From: an uncultured Candidatus Bathyarchaeia archaeon
Lineage (GTDB): Archaea; Thermoproteota; Bathyarchaeia; 40CM-2-53-6
Direction: 5' to 3'
DNA: 53,873 nt
Assembly (NCBI GenBank): GCA_964394935.1
Contig: CAYMZN010000005.1
Coordinates: 1 to 53,873 of the forward strand
The notes beneath the pieces were generated by a model. That model did not search any database. It saw only the letters and a list, made by a program, of their open reading frames with translations, and was not told where the DNA came from. Of this stretch, positions 47,809 through 53,873 are shown piece by piece; within the stretch, counting starts at the first letter, position 1; the number at the start of each line of letters is the position of its first letter. A program made the position numbers and the translations under genes.

Positions 47809-49158
47809 TTGGGAACGAAGGTTGAGCAACCTAGAATCGTCGTGAGCCCTCCAGGCCCGAAGGCACGTGAGCTTCTCGAGAAGGATGAAGCCTACATTTC
47901 ACATTCCGCTGTCAGGTGGTATCCCTTGGTTGCGGAATCAGGGTCCGGGTGCATCGTGAAGGATGTTGATGGAAACGAGTATGTTGATTTCAATTCGGGT
48001 ATAGCGGTCCTGAATGTGGGCCATTCGCATCCACGCGTGGTCCAAGCGATGAGAGATCAGGCCCAGAAGCTTCTGCACTATTCATGGACTGATTTCTATT
48101 ATAAGCCACTTATCGACTTGGCCGAGCAGTTGACCAAGATCACGCCTGGAACTTACCGTAAGAAGGTCTTCTTCTCGAACAGCGGTGCCGAAGCAGTTGA
48201 GGCTGCTATGAAAGCTGCTAGGTGGCACACACGCAGACTGCTCTTCCTAGCTTACACGGGTGCATTTCATAGCAGAACCTTTGGAGCGGTGGGCCTAACA
48301 GCCAGCAAGCCTGTTCAGAGGCGGCACTTCTTCCCATTGGTTCCTGAAGTGACTCATGTTCCGTATCCCTATTGCTATCGATGCCCGTTTCACCTCGAGT
48401 ATCCCGAATGCAGCCTTTGGTGCGTCGACTTTGTGGACGAGGAGGTCCTGAAGAAGTACCATCCGCCCGAGGATACGGCTGCAATGTTCGTGGAGCCAGT
48501 TCAAGGTGAGGGTGGCTACGTGGTTCCACCTGAAGACTACTTCCAACGGCTAAAGAAAACGCTCGACAAGTATGATATTCTGTTCGTAGATGACGAAATC
48601 CAGGCGGGACTGGGAAGGACAGGGAAATGATTCGCGATTGAACACTGGGGCGTCACCCCAGACATCATTACGATAGCGAAAGCACTTGGGTCAGGTCTTC
48701 CAATAGGTGCAACGGTGGCCAAGGAAGAAATCATGGACTGGGAAGGGGGTTCACACGCCAACACACTTGGGGGCAATCCGGTCGCATGCGCCGCCGCGCT
48801 ACAGGTAATCGGCATCATAGACCAGGAAAGGCTGCTGGATAACGCAAACAAGCAGGGAACATACCTATTGAAACGCCTCAAGGATTTGCAGGAAAAGTAC
48901 CCAATCATAGGTGATGTCCGCGGGAAAGGGCTCATGGTCGGCGCAGAGATCGTCAAGGATCCTGACACAAGAGAACCTGCCACTCAAGAAGTACAAGACA
49001 TCATGAAAAAATGCTTCAAACGTGGGCTGGCGATCATAACATCAGGGAAATCCACGATGCGATTCGCTACACCACTGATTATTACTCGCGAACTGATAGA
49101 CGCCGGTCTTGACATCTTCGAAGCGGTCGTGGGAGAAGTAGCAAAACAACTGAGCTAG
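47809..49158 (+). pseudogene. Class III PLP aminotransferase (4-aminobutyrate/ornithine AT or amino-acid racemase type) with one premature stop
   Basis: [68 protein letters not shown]. TGA 48628-48630 sits at a usual Trp position and the frame continues to 49158. Confidence 0.85.
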
Positions 49159-49317
49159 ACGACAAAGCTCGCGTTAACCAAATGCGTCTCACGCATACAG
49201 ACTGAGCAGAATTGGCGACTCGAACGAGGACTGTTCGTGGAAGAGGAAAGACTTGAACCGGGCCCCCTTGCTGACGAATTCAGTTGACTAGGACTTCAAC
49301 ATAAGAGGACCTCATTC

Positions 49318-50799
49318 TCAGGCCGGACCAAGCGGTAGTTTGTCTATGCCATGCCTTTTCATGATGTTTCTCCCTACATCGTCCAGATTCTTCTCAATAT
49401 CTCTTGGCATGGGTTCCGGTTTGTGATCCCTGATTATTCTTTGAGCTATTTCTTTGGCTCTTTGAACGGTATCCTTTGAGCCTAGCTTCTTCCAAATATT
49501 CAGATCCTGTCTGTCGACCAAGTCTGAGGGATTGAAGATCTCTCTTTTGAGCCATTCCATGGTATGCTTCTGGGCTAGGTAGTGCCCTCCAACGCCGACC
49601 TTTCTGATAACATCAACCGCGAGAGTTTGATCATTGACGTCGATGCCCCTGATGAGCCTCAAAGCCATTCCGCAGATAGTGTCATCCATGACAAGTTTTT
49701 CGAAACTCTGGCAATTCTCAAAATCCAACATTCCTGGGCCTGATATCACATTTATTCCCGCAAGCGTCCCTAGGGTCATCCCGATTCCAGACTCGAACCC
49801 AGATTGGGCATCAACTATCTTCGCATCGCTTAAGCCTAGGTACATGTGGGTTGGCAGGCCGTAGTACTTACCGATCTGTGCGTAAGCACAACCCAACATG
49901 ACGGTTTCTATGGCGCCCAAGCGGGCTGTAAGATACCGCATGTCGAAGGTTGTCGGTGACCCTCCATAGATCACGGGTGCCCCAGGGTTGGCGAGTTGTG
50001 AGACGACTAGGCCACTAAGGAACTCCGCATTCAACTGGACGAGCGAGCCAGCTAGGGTTACGGGTCCCGTTGCGCCAAGCTGCGGCATCGGAAGGATCTC
50101 CCCGGGGATCCCGTACTTGGCGCAGTCCATCAAATTCTGAACAATGAAATCTCCCCACTTGAGTGGAGCTGACGGGCATAGGTCGAAGATCGCCATGGGT
50201 CTTCGAGCTAATTCCTTTTCGCCTCCGACCACCGCGGCCAGCATGTCTTTCATGTCGTATAGGCCCTCTACGCTGAAGGTGCCGGTGACTATCGTCTTCG
50301 GAGAATTCTTGAGGACTATGTACAGCCGATATCGATCAACTATCACATCGGGAACGTCGGAAACTACGAGTGCCGTGCTCTGCGCCTGTATATTCTCTAG
50401 CCCGTCGGTCAGTCGCACGAAATCGGCGAGATCTTGAGATACCGGTCGTCTGACTTGATAGGTTTGAGAGTCAAGTAGATACAAGGCTGCTGAGCCTGGA
50501 TCAAAGTGCACACGGTTGCCTTCAAGTAGGAGGTCGTGTTTTCCGTCGCGACTATACAGTCTTATTGTTGACGGCGCGCTGACTAGGGATTCCTTTACAA
50601 GATGTTGTGGGATACGCGCAATCTTCCCGGTCGCGTCGATATCTGCACCAGCATCAGCGACCAACTTCAAGGCCCGGTCGCTTTGAATCATTACGCCAAC
50701 TTCTTCAAGGATCTTCAGCGAGGCTAAATGAATGGTTTCTATCTGTTCCCTTGACAACAGCTGAAGCGTGGGCTGATTCGAGAACGATAGCTTCGTCAT
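49318..50799 (-). CDS. MttB-superfamily (trimethylamine methyltransferase-like) corrinoid methyltransferase, non-pyrrolysine
   Basis: IHLASLKILEEVG, SAPLKW, GATGPVTLAGSL, PGAPVIYG, FDMR, YYGLP....GLSDAK..DAQSGFE, GGHYLAQKHT. No internal TAG. Confidence 0.92.
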   Translation of the reverse strand: MTKLSFSNQPTLQLLSREQIETIHLASLKILEEVGVMIQSDRALKLVADAGADIDATGKIARIPQHLVKESLVSAPSTIRLYSRDGKHDLLLEGNRVHFDPGSAALYLLDSQTYQVRRPVSQDLADFVRLTDGLENIQAQSTALVVSDVPDVIVDRYRLYIVLKNSPKTIVTGTFSVEGLYDMKDMLAAVVGGEKELARRPMAIFDLCPSAPLKWGDFIVQNLMDCAKYGIPGEILPMPQLGATGPVTLAGSLVQLNAEFLSGLVVSQLANPGAPVIYGGSPTTFDMRYLTARLGAIETVMLGCAYAQIGKYYGLPTHMYLGLSDAKIVDAQSGFESGIGMTLGTLAGINVISGPGMLDFENCQSFEKLVMDDTICGMALRLIRGIDVNDQTLAVDVIRKVGVGGHYLAQKHTMEWLKREIFNPSDLVDRQDLNIWKKLGSKDTVQRAKEIAQRIIRDHKPEPMPRDIEKNLDDVGRNIMKRHGIDKLPLGPA

Positions 50800-50976
50800 T
50801 CCTAGTACTTCCCGTCGCAAATGTGGTCTTTCAGGAAGTGCGGCAAGATTTCTGGGTCATTCCGTATTTAACTCTAGTTGGAGCCGTATGTTTCGCTCTG
50901 GTCAAGCGTCTGGTTCTTCGACGTAGCGAGCGAAAGGCCGGACCTCAAATGAGCGGAATCGAGGATAGCGTCAACT

Positions 50977-52215
50977 TTGACGAGCGGGAAAGTCATAGCA
51001 TCTGAGAACGAGAACTCAGGTTCGTCGAAAAGAGATATGAGCGCGGTGATGCAACCATCTCAGACTGAGAGAGAAGTCTTGAAGATACAGGAGATTCAAG
51101 CGTTTCCGCTGAGAATTCCCTTTAGGAGGTCAGCTCGAATATCCTCTTGGGAATATCAATGGTGCGAGAGCATTCTTGTCAAAGTCAAGGCAGACGACTT
51201 CGTCGGCTACGGGGAAGCTTTGACTGATCCGGCTTTCACAGGCGAAACCATCGAAAGCATACTCGGTGCCATCAAGAACTGTCTTGGACCAGCCGTCCTG
51301 CGTTCGAACCCCTTCGCGTTGAGAGAGATTCATCACAAAATGGACGCGGCGCTGGTGAAGAACACGGCTGCTAAAGCGGCGATTGACATCGCTTGCCTAG
51401 ATGTGGCCGGGAAGGCAATTGGACAGACGGTTTATGACATTCTCGGCGGAGATTTTAGATCAGAAATTTCTGAAGTGCCTGAAATAGTGTTTGGTCCGCT
51501 AGCTGAAGTTGTGAAGTCGTGTGAAGAAGCTGTTGCAAGAGGCGTGGCGTCTTTGAAGGTCAAGGTCGGTGAGGGTTTCAGTGAGGACATCGAAAAGGTG
51601 AGACGGATTCGAGAGGCCGTCGGGCATGATACAGAGATAAGGCTGGACGCCAATCAGGGCTGGCGAGACTATTGGACGGCGCTCAAGATAATTAAGCGCA
51701 TAGAAGAGTACGATGTCTCATTGGTAGAGCAACCCCTACGGGCCTATGATTTTGAAGGAAGCGCGATGTTGAGAAAGGCTACGAACGTGCCAATAATGCT
51801 TGATGAAAGTGTGCACAGCGTGAATGATGCGCTATCTGCCATACGGCTTGGAGCTTGCGACGTGATCAGCGTGAAGGTTATGAAGGCTGGCGGTCTCATG
51901 CGCGCAAGGGAACTAGTCGAACTCTGTTCTGCGCATGGGATGCCATGTCACATGGGAACGTCGTGGGAGACCGAGGTCGGGTGGGCCGCAAACCTAAGCC
52001 TAATCAAGGCTCTACCCGGCATCAAGCTATGGGATGCCTATTCTCCTACGGAGATATACTGGGGAGCGACTGCAAACATCGGTACCCCTATCCAGAGTCT
52101 TGTCAGCGATGGCATTCCCGTGGTTGCAGTCCCAGAGGGCCCAGGTCTAGGTATAACGGTTGACGATACCGTGGTCGCTCAATATCTAGTGGCCCAACCG
52201 ATTCAGCTAACATAG
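50977..52215 (+). CDS. Enolase-superfamily racemase/epimerase (MLE subgroup)
   Basis: GYGEA, AIDIA..D..GK, KVKVG (KxK), DANQG, EQP, DES, second Lys in SVKVMK, GPGLG. The start is probably ATG 51037 or 51049. Confidence 0.88.
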   Translation: MTSGKVIASENENSGSSKRDMSAVMQPSQTEREVLKIQEIQAFPLRIPFRRSARISSWEYQWCESILVKVKADDFVGYGEALTDPAFTGETIESILGAIKNCLGPAVLRSNPFALREIHHKMDAALVKNTAAKAAIDIACLDVAGKAIGQTVYDILGGDFRSEISEVPEIVFGPLAEVVKSCEEAVARGVASLKVKVGEGFSEDIEKVRRIREAVGHDTEIRLDANQGWRDYWTALKIIKRIEEYDVSLVEQPLRAYDFEGSAMLRKATNVPIMLDESVHSVNDALSAIRLGACDVISVKVMKAGGLMRARELVELCSAHGMPCHMGTSWETEVGWAANLSLIKALPGIKLWDAYSPTEIYWGATANIGTPIQSLVSDGIPVVAVPEGPGLGITVDDTVVAQYLVAQPIQLT

Positions 52216-52324
52216 AATCCGTGATAGTCGGTAAATTCATGCGGCCGTCGTCGCCTCTTAATCGCTACCGTCTCGCTAACCCTTGACCCTGAATGCAAAC
52301 AGAAAAAGGCCGAGGCAATGTAGC

Positions 52325-52544
52325 TTGACCTACGATCCCTCCATCAAGAGTGGCCACATAGTCGACGGCAGATATTTTGATATTTGATCCCTCAAAGATC
52401 GCTGACACGGCTACCTATCTGAGACCTCAAAGGTTCCTCGTGGGCATAGAGTGCGGGATCGTAAGCGGCAAAATTACGGTAGCGAAGGGGAAGTATCTGC
52501 GAAAGTTGAACGGATGCGTCTTAAGGCATACATTGCGCAGATAG
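52325..52544 (+). pseudogene. D-aminoacylase (N-acyl-D-amino-acid deacylase) collapsed to its two termini
   Basis: TTG 52325 reads LTYDPSIKSGHIVDG (family start YDxxIKxGxIVDG). It is joined out of frame to ADILIFDPSKIADTATYLRPQRFLVGIECGIVSGKITV...GCVLR (family end). Confidence 0.75.
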
Positions 52545-52590
52545 CAAGACTGACTAGAAGTATCAGCCAGAAATACCGGTAGGTTTTGTG

Positions 52591-53260
52591 TCACTCTACG
52601 ATGTCTTCGGGTGACTTGTACCAGGCGACTTTTTCTGCAACTCGGGCGCGCATTTTCCATCTCATGGATTTCGGTTCACCTTCGATGAGCTTGGAGATGC
52701 GGGCTATTCGCTCCTTGACCGTTTCCTTCTCCTTGACACTTAGGCCATATGACTGAAGCATGACTTCGGTCTTTCCGAGAACAGTGGTGAAGGTTTTGTA
52801 CACTCCCCAGTCGTCTGCACAAAGCTTCCCCAAGCGCATTCCATTTACAATTTCAGGCTCATCCGAGGTTCCCACATCGTGATCTAAGAGGATGGCCACA
52901 ATGTCCTTGATGTCCTTCTCGGTCGTCTTGACGACCTGCAGTTTCGTGGCGAGGAGGTCGGCGAGAGAAAGTCTTTTCGCGTCAATCGTGAGTCTATCGC
53001 GAAAGTCAATCTTGTGGCACATCTCAAAATAGTCCAGGAAGATGTCGATTCTTCGCTTGTTTGGGATATCGAAGAACATTAGGCGAGTTGCGCCTCTGAG
53101 AGCGTTGAACATCTGGTTGGGCTCGTAACCTAGTGTGGGGAAGAGGTTGCGGATCATCCGGGGCTGCTTCTTGAGGCCGACTAGGTCGATATCAGGGTAT
53201 GTCCTCGCAATGGCCGGGTGCTTTGCGCTTGGGCAGTGCATCCCGATAGCTGCACCATAT
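52591..53260 (-). pseudogene. Uncharacterised nucleotidyltransferase-like protein, N-terminus damaged
   Basis: GAAIGMHCP...DIDLVG, IDIFLDYFEMCH, DLLATKLQVV..TEKD..D, DWG, PKS.RWKMRARV....WY. The expected LRLLGG start is broken. Confidence 0.6.
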
Positions 53261-53312
53261 GCCTAACCCAACTCTAAGGAGAAAAACGGGGGGCGTATTG
53301 AGGTGCTTTCTC

Positions 53313-53873
53313 TTAAGGCGGCGGGACCTCGCGGTAGATGTCGGCGATATTGCTGCCGGGTTTCCAGTTCTTGTGAACATAGTAGACGAAGATCAGGACA
53401 CCCAATAGCATCCAGAGGGTTGTGACGTTCCATGCTACTAGCGAGATGGCTATGGTGCTCAGAGCCAGCAGCCAGAGCATTCCCGCGGCTGACAGGGCGC
53501 CTACGATGGTTCTATCGGGTATGCCGAAGATTCGTCTCTTGATACCTTTCTCCCAAATGTCGGAGCGTTTGCACGGGAGCGCGATCGCGGCTGCGCTATA
53601 GATTAGGTAGAAGTAGCCCAAAGTCGTGCAGGGGTGTGATGCCTGAAGCCGAACCCATGATGACGAAGATTACTGAGTAGACGCTCCCCAAGACGTACGC
53701 AACTAACGAGACTGTGAAAACATATGACAGCCAGTAGATCCACCCCGATCCAAACCACCCGAAGAATGGATCTACGAAACGCGTGGACCAAACGTACCCT
53801 CCTGCGGAGCGTGGGGTGCAGACGCCTAGGAGGGCGAATTGCGAAAGCCCAAGTATACCTCAACTAACTGTCC
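53313..53873 (-). pseudogene. APC-family amino acid/polyamine permease, internally deleted
   Basis: The N-terminal motif PRSAGGYVWSTRFVDPFFGW (TM2-3) is joined out of frame to the C-terminal TMs ending IYREVPP. It runs off the window edge. Confidence 0.7.

Noticed and set aside
8193-48630. Stop-codon reassignment suggested by in-frame TGA (8193, 47125, 48628) and TAG (39873, 43407)
   Set aside because: The implied residues differ (Cys, Trp, others), most of these genes carry further lesions, and TGA/TAG end core genes normally (rpoD, rpl18e, rps9, gltX).
44333-50799. Methanogenesis inferred from MttB plus the corrinoid protein
   Set aside because: There are no mcr or mtaA/mtbA genes here, and these families are common in non-methanogens.
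1-53873. Transposase, integrase or provirus explaining the accessory regions
   Set aside because: No DDE, HUH or tyrosine-recombinase motifs, terminal inverted repeats or viral genes were recognised.

Overview
This is archaeal DNA. Evidence: Rpo3/Rpo10, L18e, ether-lipid genes and TATA-box promoters. Gene content suggests Bathyarchaeia or a related TACK lineage, which is an inference. The core block (13.1-39.3 kb) is the conserved rpoD-rpl18e-rpl13-rps9-rpoN-eno...rps2-MEMO1-mvk superoperon. It is extended into an isoprenoid/ether-lipid cluster: mvk, a UbiD-type decarboxylase and the AcnX large/small subunits (modified archaeal mevalonate pathway), fni, class II HMGR, PAP2, DGGGPS, GGGPS, DUF2070, egsA and gltX. 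A ~6.4 kb accessory insert between eno and rps2 carries fprA, a bacterial-type adk, DUF362, a Tat-SagB/di-haem/HMA trio and AlaX. The left flank holds a carbamoyltransferase/cyclic-amidohydrolase/racemase cluster, a GATase-LLM-HisC run, a DHH protein, a radical SAM fused to a PolX-type HhH domain and a tiny SWIB-like protein. The right flank is a decaying amine/methyl-transfer island. Its non-pyrrolysine MttB, corrinoid protein and enolase-superfamily racemase are intact, but they sit among many pseudogenes, several collapsed by large internal deletions. I found no rRNA, tRNA, CRISPR array or transposase. All family calls come from recognising motifs by eye, not from database searches.
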